Source: Candidatus Jordarchaeales archaeon
Lineage (GTDB): Archaea; Asgardarchaeota; Jordiarchaeia; Jordiarchaeales; Freyrarchaeaceae
Direction of reading: 5' to 3'
Length of the DNA: 32,000 nt
NCBI GenBank assembly: GCA_038889235.1
Contig: JAWAHN010000001.1
Location: 464,499 to 496,498, forward strand
The notes under the pieces were generated by a model. The model saw nothing but the letters and a program-made list of their open reading frames with translations, searched no databases and was not told the origin of the DNA. Positions 1 through 9,301 of the stretch are shown here, in pieces (the stretch's first letter is position 1; each line of letters starts with the position of its first letter). The translations under genes and the position numbers were made by a program.

Positions 1-12
1 CACAGAGGTATT

Positions 13-1584
13 TTGAAGTGGAGTGGAGAAGAAAGGTATCTTAGGGCGCGACAAGACTACCTAGAAGCCTTGAGGGGGGCTGCAGTCATAGACTGGAAAG
101 AAATGGAGGGGGAGGTGTTAGTTAGACTAGCGGAGTTGGAGGATGAAGCGGGTAATTATGTTCAATCATCTGAGTATTACATGCAAGCTCTTGAAAAGTT
201 CAGTAAGGTGATAATTGAAGACAATGAAGTAAAAAATAGGAAGAAAGAGGTCGAGGCGAGAGCTAACATAGAAAAGGGCAAGGATTTGTTGAAAAAGGAA
301 CCCTTCGAGGCGGCATCTTACTTCAAGAAGGGAGGCGAGCTGCTACTGGGTATTAGCCAGAGAGAGGCGGCGTTCTATCAAGTTTTCGGTGAATTTTTAG
401 AGGCGGAAGCGGTGGGAATATTGAAGCCAAGTGAGGCTGTGGAACGGCTAAGGAAAGTTGGCAGGCAACTTAAAACCTTGGAGGAAAAGGCCATTAACGG
501 AAAGGTAAAAACCCTCTTAAAAGTTTGTGAAGGGAGGGAGTACTTGGAGGAGGGGTTGGCGTTTTACGCTAGTGGAGAGAACGCGGCTGCGCTTGTAAAG
601 TTTTCTATGGCTGCGAAAACACTAGAGGAGGCTGCAAAAACTGAGAGCGACTGGGAAAAAATTGAGGGATACGTGTACTTTGCAAAAGGATTGGAGCGGT
701 TTGCTAAAGGACAATTAGGATTCAAAGAAGAGTTTTTAGAGGCCGCCAATTTCTTCAAGGAAAGTGTCAAAGTGTTTGTGACCAATAAAATGAAAAATGC
801 GTCTCTTGGATTCACAGACCTGTGTTATGGATGGTACAAGCTTTTGGAGTTTTCTGAGGAGAGGGGAGAAGAAAACGACTATATTGAGGCGAGGACGCAC
901 CTAGAAAGGTGCCTGAAGTTTTTCATGAACGCCGGACTGGAGAACTACATTAAGTATGTTGAGGGGTTAGGGTTTCTGCTCGATGGAGAAAGGTACGTTA
1001 AAAAAGGAACAGAGGGAGGGGACTCTGCTGAGAAGTACTATTCGCTCGCAGAGGAGAGTTACGGTAAAGCGAGAGAAAGATTCTTAGAGGCGGGCTATAC
1101 TGGATTAAAAAAGTTGATGGAGGAAAAAATACAAAAATTAAGAGAGGAAAGGGCGAGAAAGGAGTACATTGAGGTTATTTTTGGCAGTCCGACCAGTGAG
1201 GTCCTAGAGGAATTAAAGGATGGTTTTGCTGTCATAAAAATTGAGGAGCCAGCTGATAAAAGCGTCTTCAAAATGGGGGACAAAGTCGACTTGAAATTAG
1301 AGCTGGTGAACGTTGGGGAGGCAAGCGTCCTACTAGAAAGATTGGAGAATGCCGTTCCACAGGAATTTAGAACTATAAGTTCGTCCACGGTGACTATAAA
1401 AGACGGTGATATAGTCCTCGGTAAAGAGGTGGCACCGTGGGAAAAAACCACTATAGAGTTAAGAGTTGTGGCTGAGAGGAAAGGAGAAGTAATGTACCAG
1501 CCGGTGCTTATTTTTAGGGATAGTAAGAACAGGAAACGGTACTTTAAACCAAGGGGAGTCTCAATACTTATTAGGGAGGATTAG
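13..1584 (+). CDS. TPR/alpha-solenoid protein with C-terminal Ig-like beta-sandwich domain (may be 5'-truncated)
   Basis: Repeated TPR-like helical motifs (A..Y..A...F; YFAKGLE) over about 380 aa, then a beta-rich domain (VDLKLELVNVG...YQPVLIFRD). Codons 1-12 are open in frame, so the true start may lie upstream of the window. Confidence 0.75.
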   Translation: MKWSGEERYLRARQDYLEALRGAAVIDWKEMEGEVLVRLAELEDEAGNYVQSSEYYMQALEKFSKVIIEDNEVKNRKKEVEARANIEKGKDLLKKEPFEAASYFKKGGELLLGISQREAAFYQVFGEFLEAEAVGILKPSEAVERLRKVGRQLKTLEEKAINGKVKTLLKVCEGREYLEEGLAFYASGENAAALVKFSMAAKTLEEAAKTESDWEKIEGYVYFAKGLERFAKGQLGFKEEFLEAANFFKESVKVFVTNKMKNASLGFTDLCYGWYKLLEFSEERGEENDYIEARTHLERCLKFFMNAGLENYIKYVEGLGFLLDGERYVKKGTEGGDSAEKYYSLAEESYGKARERFLEAGYTGLKKLMEEKIQKLREERARKEYIEVIFGSPTSEVLEELKDGFAVIKIEEPADKSVFKMGDKVDLKLELVNVGEASVLLERLENAVPQEFRTISSSTVTIKDGDIVLGKEVAPWEKTTIELRVVAERKGEVMYQPVLIFRDSKNRKRYFKPRGVSILIRED

Positions 1585-1587
1585 ACG

Positions 1588-1962
1588 TTGATACGCGCCG
1601 TGTGGATAATAGATGAGAAGAACTCCTTTTTCAGGTCGTACGAGAAGAGCGATGTAGATTATAGTTTGATAAGCGGGCTTTTAACAGCGATCAAAACGTT
1701 TGTCAAAGACATGTCAGGAGGAAATGTGTCGTCAATAGATCTTGAGGATAGGACGTTCGTGTACAAGATAACGGGGGAAAAAATATTCATAATTTATAGT
1801 GATGAGAAGGAAGAGTTGGATAAAGTATTCGAAAAACTGGAAGAGCTATGCTTATCGATTGGAGAGAAGGAAGAACTGTCTAGAAGGATAGACAAAGTGA
1901 TTGAGAGTTATAATAGAAGGAAGAGGCTTGAGAAGCTCGATGAGCTTCTTCAAAAAATATAG
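1588..1962 (+). CDS. Small longin-like domain protein (Asgard type)
   Basis: Pattern IRAVWII...FFRSY...LISGLLTAIKTFVKDM...VSSIDL resembles Asgard longin/roadblock-like domains. Starts 3 nt after the upstream stop. Confidence 0.65.
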   Translation: MIRAVWIIDEKNSFFRSYEKSDVDYSLISGLLTAIKTFVKDMSGGNVSSIDLEDRTFVYKITGEKIFIIYSDEKEELDKVFEKLEELCLSIGEKEELSRRIDKVIESYNRRKRLEKLDELLQKI

Positions 1963-2138
1963 TCAAAAAATATAGTTCGATTCATAATGCTTTTTAGTGA
2001 AATGTAGAGCTGCCTTCTTAGGCCTTAAAAATGAAGAGTCCTCTTTCAGTGAGAAACCAAAAAAGTAAAAAGGAGGTATGTGGGCGAAGAGAAAAGTGAC
2101 ACTGAGAAGGTTTTGGGAGAAAAAGAGGTGCACGGTGG

Positions 2139-2966
2139 ATGGCTGAGGAAGCTCTGCAAAAGGCGAGAGAGTTTGAGGAGAAAGGATTACTTGACGAGGC
2201 TGAAAAGAAGTATTTGGAGGCTGTGAAAGAAGCCGAAAAAGAGGATGGTTCTGCTCTCGGCGAAGTATACTTGGAGGTCGGCCTCTTTTACACCAGGATC
2301 GGAGAGCTTGAGAAGTCCATTGAGTTTTACATGAAGAGCTTGGAGGTTTACGAGAGAAAGGGGGATGAGGAGGGCGTTGCAGATGCAGCGTATAACCTAT
2401 CTGTTTCTTACCTCGAACTTGGGGAGTATGATGAAGCCGAAAAACACTGTGTGAAAGCACTTGAAATGTATAAGAAGATGGGGTTGAGGGAGGGGGTTGC
2501 GGATGCAATGTATGCTCTGGGGCTAATCTCCATTGGAAGGACGGAGATAGAGAAAGGTATTGAGAAGCTTCAGGAAGCACTCAAGATTTACAGTGAAGAG
2601 GGGAACGAGGACGGTATGGGAAGCGTCCTCTTAGACCTAGGTGAAGCATATTACCGGTTGGAGGAGCTCGATAAGGCTATCGAGCACTATCAAAGTGCAG
2701 TGAAGATTCTGGAGAAGAGTGGGGACAAGCTGACTAGTGCTTACGCTATTAAGAGAATTGGGGACTCGTATAGCGATAAGGGGGACATGCGCAGAATGCT
2801 TGATAACTACCTGAAGGCTGCAAAAATCTACATAGAGGAGGGCGACCAGGAAGCTGCTCAGGACATCATAGACGAAATTGAGGACAGATTTTGGGATTTA
2901 CCAAAGGCTACGAGGAGGACGGTCTCAAAAAAACTAGACGAGCTGAGAGCATTGATGAAGAAGTAG
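2139..2966 (+). CDS. Tetratricopeptide repeat protein (SNAP/TPR_12-like)
   Basis: About six 40-aa TPR repeats (A....LG..Y...G....A...Y..AL). SD-like GAGGTG/GGTGG precedes the ATG. Confidence 0.85.
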   Translation: MAEEALQKAREFEEKGLLDEAEKKYLEAVKEAEKEDGSALGEVYLEVGLFYTRIGELEKSIEFYMKSLEVYERKGDEEGVADAAYNLSVSYLELGEYDEAEKHCVKALEMYKKMGLREGVADAMYALGLISIGRTEIEKGIEKLQEALKIYSEEGNEDGMGSVLLDLGEAYYRLEELDKAIEHYQSAVKILEKSGDKLTSAYAIKRIGDSYSDKGDMRRMLDNYLKAAKIYIEEGDQEAAQDIIDEIEDRFWDLPKATRRTVSKKLDELRALMKK

Positions 2967-2984
2967 TTTTGAAGCGTGCGCTGG

Positions 2985-5900
2985 CTACTCTCCTATCATT
3001 TCAGCCAGTGTCTTCAGCTTATTTAGTATGCGTTTCAGTCTCGGAAGCTTTTCGTGAATTATTCGTATTTTTTCGAAATCATCTATGCTCTCGTCGGAAA
3101 GTGGCAAATCAAGCTCTTTGAATACTGCTCTCAACTCGTTTATTGTTGTCCGCATGTGGTAAGCGAGTTCCCGGTCAAGTTCGGGTATGAACGTCTTACT
3201 TTGGAAGCGCATCCTTCTTGCGATGTAAGCTCCGATAGCCAAAGCCAGCATAAGGGAAGAGACGAGGAAACCTATTATGATGTCTTGCGTCGGAGACGGC
3301 TGATAGACCGGAAGGGGGGTCTCTGGGGGGCTTGGGAGCACAGTGAAGGTTAGAGTTTTAAACGACGAGACGTGTTTTGGGGAGTCAGCCCATATGATTA
3401 GCGTGTAGTCTCCACTATCCCCTATGAGCTCGGTGAAGAGCAACGTCGTATAGTATCCATCCTTGTAGTGGAAGCACCACATCGGTATAGAAGTGCCGTT
3501 CGGAAGGTTGAATATGGCGAAAACGGACAGATTACTGCTGGTATCTCCATCTATAGAGGTTACATGGATTAGAAAGTATACCCTGTCTCCGAGACGTATT
3601 CTCCCGTCCCCTTTGGGCGTGCTTACAATTACATCGATGCTAAGCTTCCTCGCCATGAGCCACTCTAAGGTATTAAAGAGAAGTAGGGAGTTGTCACCTT
3701 CTTCAACGTGAAAAAGAGAGGCGAAGTCCGAGTCGCCGAAAACCACAACTCTGCCGTCTCCATGCATGGCGCCCACAATGAAGAAATGCTCATCAGTCAA
3801 TGCGAATGCGCCCTTCGATTCGTCAACCTCAAAGACAACCGGTGAGTATAAAGTGACTAAGCTCAACCCGCTAGTTATCCGGTGGTTCTTGAAGCTCGTG
3901 ATGGTAATGTTTCCATTAACACTTGAAACCGCCCTTATCCCATAGGGTTCTAAGAGCTCGTTTACCAGCGCTAAGTTTTCAGGTTCAACCATTACTAAGA
4001 GACTACCGCCGCTCTTCACGAACGACTCTATCGCTTCCAGCTCTGCCGGGCTGAAAGGTAAATCTGGGTCGCACACGATCAGGGTGTCATATAGCCTTAG
4101 GATCGTCTTGTTGATTTCTTGCAGGAAAGGTATCTCGTCAAGCTCATACAGGTTGAGCTTAGCTATTTCGTAGAGGCTGAAGTACCCTGTAAACGTGCTG
4201 TCCAATAGTTCTTCAATGTGTTCGACGTCCACCAGGTTGTGGGAGCTGTCAAAAAGTATTCTACCCTGAGGATAATCAATACTGAATGATACTGATACTG
4301 GAAGCTTGGCGTCATTCACTGTTACCGCTATAACCCCACTATACCATCCGGGGTTTGGAAAGTTAAAGAATTCGAACGGGAGCTGTATCCCTTCAAGTTT
4401 TATATTTGACGGAGTTGTGGTGTTTATCGAGACTTCAACTGTTCCGAAGCGATCGACTTCTACAAGCATCCTATGTACAGTGATAAACTTTGATGCGTTC
4501 CCCTCGATCGAAATATTAATTCTGTTTGTGGTACCCGTAAGTATTACACTCAAGTTGTAGTATGCCAGATCTACTGGGAAATTTATTGGGAACGGGTTAC
4601 ATGGTATCTTCGCCGGGAACACCAACTGGTCTGGCGGAGGGGAGCCTATAAAGGCATTCCTAGCCATGTAGTTGTCTAGCAAGTAGAACTCTGTCATGTT
4701 AAGCTGTTGCAGAAGCTCTGTTGCATTTGTGAGCAAATCGGGGTTTAGCAGGTGTTCTAATGACAATGGAAAGTCACTCCACGCGACCCAGCCGACCGAG
4801 TATGCGCCACCGCTGGTCGGGCGCCACACCGCTCTCAGTTTAACCGGTTCGTATGGCTTTAAAGGTGTGATCTTGAACTCTTCAGCATAATATATAGTAC
4901 TGCCATCCCCGGACCTGTTTGCGAAGAAGATAGCCGAAGCGTTGACAGCAATGTTTCCCACGTTAAGCAACACGCACTCTGAAGTGTAGTCTGCTCCAAG
5001 CCCGTGTAGGCGAGCCATCGACGGGGCAAGCAAACATAAGTCAGCAATAGACAACTGTTCCTGTGCGGCGACGGCCTCTAATGCTGATTCTCGAGCAGCA
5101 GCCTGGTCCTCTCCAAACGAAAGAGAGGCTGCAAACGAGGACGAGGTGCCTGGCTCGATGAGATCGGAAAGTAGCCATACTGCTGCAAGACCTAAATCAC
5201 CGAAGTACTCCGACTTGTTTGATAAAAGACCGCTTGAAGCAGCACTAAACACTTCGTCTTTTCTACCAACTTCGTAGCCCGCGACGGACAGGTTTCCTTT
5301 GAACGCCAGCCACAGCACTTGGCTTCCGTCTGAACTTGTGTCTCCGACCTCTAACGTTTCAGTTTCACTGTTGAAAAAGCCGTGTTCGTCTGGCGGCCCG
5401 CTTTCGCCCAAGAAAAGGGAAGGATTCCAGAAGAACACAACACGGACATTTGAAACCGCCTTATCACCTGTGTTTAAGAAGGTCACGGTAATTTTAAAGG
5501 CGTTTATGGCGCCGCTCACGTTATAGTTGCTCCAACACTCGAATAGCATGACGACGATGAAGCAATCCACTTTCACTACCGAGACCAGTTTCTCATAACC
5601 AGTGGTCTCATTTATATGGGAAATGTGGAGTTCGCGGAGTATGGTCCCCGTGGTCAGCCAGGTAGTCTTTCCACCGTTGTAGGAGACACCGAACATGCCA
5701 TACAAGATGTGAGACGAGTTGAAGTTAGCCGTCCTGTTAGAGAGGGACATTGCCACGAAGGTTCCATAGCTTCCTACGAGACAATAACTTGAAACTCCCG
5801 TTCCATTAACGAAGAGGGGGGCGGGTGTAAGTCCGGGAGTGTATGTTCTCACATGCAAGTCTAGCGAGATGCCGCCCTTCGACTTAAGGTAGCTGTAGGC

Positions 5901-7256
5901 GGAGTACGGGTCAACAAGGCCAGCCCCCTGAACATTTGGGGATTCACCGAGGTCTACTGCCGTTCTCATGAAGGCTATCTTGACGGATTCTGGACTGGCA
6001 TACATTGACAGCTGAAGGAGAATGGCTGCTAGTCCCGCAACATACGCCGCTGCGGCCGCTGTGGACGAAGACACCACATAGTATTCATCTATTGGAGTCC
6101 CGTACCCGCCCGGTTCCAGTTGGGGGATCGAGATGTTAAATCCTAGGTCTGGTGGGCGAGAGCGGCAGGACGCTATGCCGTGTCCAGGGGCGACCACGTC
6201 CGGCTTAGTCCACATGTAAAGGCTTGGCCCTCTCCCGCTGAACGTGCACGTCTTTCCGGACGAGGAGTTATATGCTCCTACAGTTATCGCTCCCAGCGCT
6301 GACCCAGGTGAGCCAATGCTCATGTAGGCTGGCCCCCCGTCACCCGCCGCCGCGACAACCACCACTCCCATGCGAACGGCCGCATCAACTGCTAAGCAGA
6401 GGGGGTCGTCTGGAAGCCCAGGGATTGAAAAGGCGATAAGCACGACATCTGCTCCGTGGCTCACACTCCACTCTAACCCTGAGAGTATCCACGAGTAGAG
6501 GCTCAGTCCCTCAACATCAAAAACTTTCACGTTCATAATTAGAGAGCCAGGCGCCACTCCTTTGTATGAGCCGTTAGAGGCGTATCCTGTTCCAGCAACT
6601 ATGCCAGCCACGTAGGTTCCATGTCCGTTGAAGTCGTAGGGAAATGGGTCGTAGTCGACCATAGAAACCGATGCTATGACCTTGGGGTCCATGGTCGACG
6701 GGTCGTCGTCTAGGTCGTCAAGGTCTGGATGGGAGGAGTCCACGCCGCTGTCCAGAATTGCTACTATTACGCCGCTCCCGTTAAACCCTTCATTCCATAT
6801 TTGCTCGACAGACGACACTTCTACCTCAGATGCCCCGACCATCTGCGAGTCCGATGCAAGCCTTACCTGTCTGTTAAGCCAAATATATCTGACCTCTGGG
6901 AGGCCGGCCACTTTGTAGACGGTTGATGAGGGGATTTTCATGAGCGCGGCGGGGATAATCGTGTAAATTTTTTCGACAGTAGATTCAGGTGAGACATTCC
7001 TGACTGCGGCACAACCCACTTCTGGGTTCACGTTAAAAACCACTATGACCGGTATGGTCTTCCACCCTGACTTGATAATGCTGAGTATTTCAGGGTCTAT
7101 TTTATTTTCCCAATCAGCAGGGGCTCCGTTCAAAGCATTAGTCGAACTCTCCTGTGAAACACCTTGGGAAAGATTGGTCACGTGGAGAAGCGAGAGAACT
7201 AGAGTGGTGAGCAACAGGGTGATTAAAAGGGCTTTGAAATGTCTCGTAGCAGCCAA
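2985..7256 (-). CDS. Membrane-anchored multidomain S8 subtilase homolog, probably catalytically inactive, with a GldG/DUF4350-like GATase-fold domain and C-terminal TM helix
   Basis: Signal peptide, I9-like prodomain, ILDSG and NGHGT motifs. The GTSMA region reads SSTAAAAAYVAG. RILFDSSHN...FVKSGGSLLV domain. TM IIIGFLVSSLMLALAIGAYIA. SD AGGAGG before the TTG. Confidence 0.85.
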   Translation of the reverse strand: MAATRHFKALLITLLLTTLVLSLLHVTNLSQGVSQESSTNALNGAPADWENKIDPEILSIIKSGWKTIPVIVVFNVNPEVGCAAVRNVSPESTVEKIYTIIPAALMKIPSSTVYKVAGLPEVRYIWLNRQVRLASDSQMVGASEVEVSSVEQIWNEGFNGSGVIVAILDSGVDSSHPDLDDLDDDPSTMDPKVIASVSMVDYDPFPYDFNGHGTYVAGIVAGTGYASNGSYKGVAPGSLIMNVKVFDVEGLSLYSWILSGLEWSVSHGADVVLIAFSIPGLPDDPLCLAVDAAVRMGVVVVAAAGDGGPAYMSIGSPGSALGAITVGAYNSSSGKTCTFSGRGPSLYMWTKPDVVAPGHGIASCRSRPPDLGFNISIPQLEPGGYGTPIDEYYVVSSSTAAAAAYVAGLAAILLQLSMYASPESVKIAFMRTAVDLGESPNVQGAGLVDPYSAYSYLKSKGGISLDLHVRTYTPGLTPAPLFVNGTGVSSYCLVGSYGTFVAMSLSNRTANFNSSHILYGMFGVSYNGGKTTWLTTGTILRELHISHINETTGYEKLVSVVKVDCFIVVMLFECWSNYNVSGAINAFKITVTFLNTGDKAVSNVRVVFFWNPSLFLGESGPPDEHGFFNSETETLEVGDTSSDGSQVLWLAFKGNLSVAGYEVGRKDEVFSAASSGLLSNKSEYFGDLGLAAVWLLSDLIEPGTSSSFAASLSFGEDQAAARESALEAVAAQEQLSIADLCLLAPSMARLHGLGADYTSECVLLNVGNIAVNASAIFFANRSGDGSTIYYAEEFKITPLKPYEPVKLRAVWRPTSGGAYSVGWVAWSDFPLSLEHLLNPDLLTNATELLQQLNMTEFYLLDNYMARNAFIGSPPPDQLVFPAKIPCNPFPINFPVDLAYYNLSVILTGTTNRINISIEGNASKFITVHRMLVEVDRFGTVEVSINTTTPSNIKLEGIQLPFEFFNFPNPGWYSGVIAVTVNDAKLPVSVSFSIDYPQGRILFDSSHNLVDVEHIEELLDSTFTGYFSLYEIAKLNLYELDEIPFLQEINKTILRLYDTLIVCDPDLPFSPAELEAIESFVKSGGSLLVMVEPENLALVNELLEPYGIRAVSSVNGNITITSFKNHRITSGLSLVTLYSPVVFEVDESKGAFALTDEHFFIVGAMHGDGRVVVFGDSDFASLFHVEEGDNSLLLFNTLEWLMARKLSIDVIVSTPKGDGRIRLGDRVYFLIHVTSIDGDTSSNLSVFAIFNLPNGTSIPMWCFHYKDGYYTTLLFTELIGDSGDYTLIIWADSPKHVSSFKTLTFTVLPSPPETPLPVYQPSPTQDIIIGFLVSSLMLALAIGAYIARRMRFQSKTFIPELDRELAYHMRTTINELRAVFKELDLPLSDESIDDFEKIRIIHEKLPRLKRILNKLKTLAEMIGE

Positions 7257-7355
7257 TTTTTATTCCTCCTTTTAACCTAAAGGGTGAGGCGTACATGTTA
7301 AATCTTTTGAATGATTCAAGTGTTGATTGAGGGCGAGTGAAGCGGAGGGTGCGGT

Positions 7356-8288
7356 GTGGCCGGGAAGTGCCAGTGGTGTGATGTGACTGCAGAGGTCTTC
7401 CTTCCCTACGCTCGGCTTAAGCTTTGCCGAGACCATTTTAAGGAGTACGTGGTGAAGAGGGTTAAACGTACGGTGGAGAGGTACAGGATGATAGGTGAGG
7501 GGGAAAGGGTGCTCGTAGCTCTGTCGGGGGGTAAGGATAGCCTCGTCCTTTTACACGTCCTATCAGTTATGGCGAACAGCGGCGACCCGAAGTTATCTCT
7601 AAAGTGTGAAGTCGAGGCGGTGACGTTAGACCTCGGTATAAAGGGTTACTCTGAGAAGTGTGTCAGTGTGGCGCGCTGGTACTGCGAAAAGCTTGGAGTC
7701 CCACACCACACTGTAAGGCTTGCCGAGCTGGCTGGGTTCACGATGGACCATGTCGCCTCTAGGAGGGGGAGGCCTACGTGCTCCGTGTGCGGCGCAGTCA
7801 AGAGGTATGTTCTAAACAAGTTCGGCGTGGAAATGGGGTTTGACAGGCTCGCTACGGGGCATAACCTTGACGATGAAGCTGCAGTTCTCCTCTCAAATTA
7901 CTTGTCGGCTAACGTGGAGTTTTTAGCCCGCCAGTACCCTGTCCTGCCTTCAAGGGAGGGAATGATATCACGCATAAAGCCTCTTTTCGAGGTCTCCGAG
8001 AGCGAAACAACGATGTACGCCCAGTTCCAAGGATTGATTCCAGTTGACGGAAAATGCCCCTACGCCACAAACCCGTCAACACACGCGTTTAAAAGAGTGC
8101 TCAATACGCTAGAAGAAGAGGCGCCGGCTACGAAGATAAGGATGGTTCGGGGCTTCTTGGAAAAAGTAAAGCCGTTGCTTGAAAAAACGAGTGTGACGCC
8201 GTTGCGCAAGTGCGCTGTATGCGGTTACCCGTCGTCTTCGGAAGTGTGCAGCTTCTGCCGCATAAAGAGGACTTATGGACCTATGTAG
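7356..8288 (+). CDS. ttuA: tRNA 2-thiolation protein, TtuA/NcsA/CTU1 family (TIGR00269-like)
   Basis: PP-loop SGGKDS, CSVC, GHNLDD and CPY motifs, plus N- and C-terminal Zn-finger CxxC pairs. Confidence 0.88.
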   Translation: MAGKCQWCDVTAEVFLPYARLKLCRDHFKEYVVKRVKRTVERYRMIGEGERVLVALSGGKDSLVLLHVLSVMANSGDPKLSLKCEVEAVTLDLGIKGYSEKCVSVARWYCEKLGVPHHTVRLAELAGFTMDHVASRRGRPTCSVCGAVKRYVLNKFGVEMGFDRLATGHNLDDEAAVLLSNYLSANVEFLARQYPVLPSREGMISRIKPLFEVSESETTMYAQFQGLIPVDGKCPYATNPSTHAFKRVLNTLEEEAPATKIRMVRGFLEKVKPLLEKTSVTPLRKCAVCGYPSSSEVCSFCRIKRTYGPM

Positions 8289-8689
8289 CTCAAGGTGAGC
8301 TTCAACTGTTTTACCCCCCTGTTCGCCATGAGCTTCTCCGAAAAGTTCCTTATTCTTTCAGCTTTCCCCTTGACGATTATCACTTCCATGCAATCGTTCT
8401 GAGTAAGGTGAGCGTGAACAGTCGCGATAACTATGTCGCTGTAGCCGTGCTGGACGTCCGTTATAGCGTCCTCTAGTCCCTTAACTTCGTGGTCATATAT
8501 CACCGACACTACTCCTGCAACATCACCGGACTGGGAGAAAGCCTTGTACTCTGTGAGGAAGTTTCTCATAGCGATCTGGATGGCCTTGGACCTATCCATA
8601 CCTATGGAGGAGACAAACTCGTCGAATTCCTCTAAAAGCTCCGGTGGGAGCGAGACGCTAATCCTAGCAACCCCTTTCCCCTCTTCCAC
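8273..8689 (-). CDS. nikR: Nickel-responsive regulator NikR
   Basis: N-terminal RHH (RISVSLP...RSKAI), IYDH, QH and HAHL....CME nickel-site residues. Its 3' end overlaps ttuA by 16 nt. Confidence 0.9.
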   Translation of the reverse strand: MEEGKGVARISVSLPPELLEEFDEFVSSIGMDRSKAIQIAMRNFLTEYKAFSQSGDVAGVVSVIYDHEVKGLEDAITDVQHGYSDIVIATVHAHLTQNDCMEVIIVKGKAERIRNFSEKLMANRGVKQLKLTLSYIGP

Positions 8690-8769
8690 GCTCCAGCACG
8701 CCCCTCTAAGCTACTACTAAAATAGTGGGGGAATGGGGCTTTTAAAAAGCGTGCCCCGGAAGGTTTTGG

Positions 8770-9180
8770 TTAAAGTTCTTTTGCAAGCTCTGCGAATTTA
8801 TCGCACGCGTTTACAATAAGGAGGATATAGTTTCTTATTTTCTCAGGTGTTAGCTCGGTGTCTGCTGTCTCTATGCTGACGAATAGAACGTCGCCGTTGT
8901 CCACACCGTACTTGATGCCGTTCTGCCTAAAGTTCTCTTTCAGGAGGTTGTAGAAAAGTTGGGGGCGCAACTCTTCGGGTATGTTTGAGAGATCTGTTAA
9001 CCAAGACACGATGAACAACCACGACTCGTCCGGCGAAGTTAGGATGACTACCGTCAAATCCGAGAAGTACTCAGTCTCCCAGCGCATCACTATGGCGTCC
9101 TTCTCCTTAAAGTACTTGAGGTTCGCCTTATCGAGAAGACCCGCAACCTTATCAAGCAACAAGTAAATTCCACCTTTCAC
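8770..9180 (-). CDS. YbjN-like (T3SS chaperone-fold) domain protein
   Basis: Size and pattern (WLFIVS...LLKENF....IKYGVD.GDVLFVS) resemble the YbjN family. The real start may be a few codons downstream. Confidence 0.6.
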   Translation of the reverse strand: MKGGIYLLLDKVAGLLDKANLKYFKEKDAIVMRWETEYFSDLTVVILTSPDESWLFIVSWLTDLSNIPEELRPQLFYNLLKENFRQNGIKYGVDNGDVLFVSIETADTELTPEKIRNYILLIVNACDKFAELAKEL

Positions 9181-9188
9181 TCTAGAAA

Positions 9189-9218
9189 GAGTCTAAGGGT
9201 CGAAGAACCCAAAGACTC
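9189..9218. repeat. Imperfect inverted repeat GAGTCT-AA-GGGT-N6-ACCC-AA-AGACTC (possible operator or hairpin)
   Basis: Read directly. Lies between a TTTTTAAA TATA-like box (9221-9228, minus strand) and the YbjN-like start. Confidence 0.5.
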
Positions 9219-9265
9219 CTTTAAAAATTTAACAAATTCCCCCATTAAAAAGGGTTTCTACGACG

Positions 9266-9297
9266 AAGAAACAAAAAAGAAGGGAAAAGAGGAAGAG
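9266..9297 (-). terminator. Pyrimidine/U-rich archaeal terminator candidate after the nuoN-like gene
   Basis: Minus strand reads CTCTTCCTCTTTTCCCTTCTTTTTTGTTTCTT immediately after the stop. Confidence 0.5.
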
Positions 9298-9301
9298 TTT
9301 C

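Noticed and set aside
2078-2146. 22-codon upstream ORF after AGGAGGT, overlapping the TPR start
   Set aside because: The SD-like sequence has zero spacing to the ATG and the peptide has no features; probably incidental.
1963-2580. 205-aa antisense ORF and the many other shadow ORFs in the track
   Set aside because: They lie antisense or out of frame to well-supported genes or tRNAs and show no recognisable motifs.
8273-8288. 16-nt convergent overlap of ttuA and nikR
   Set aside because: Short 3' overlaps are common in compact archaeal genomes.
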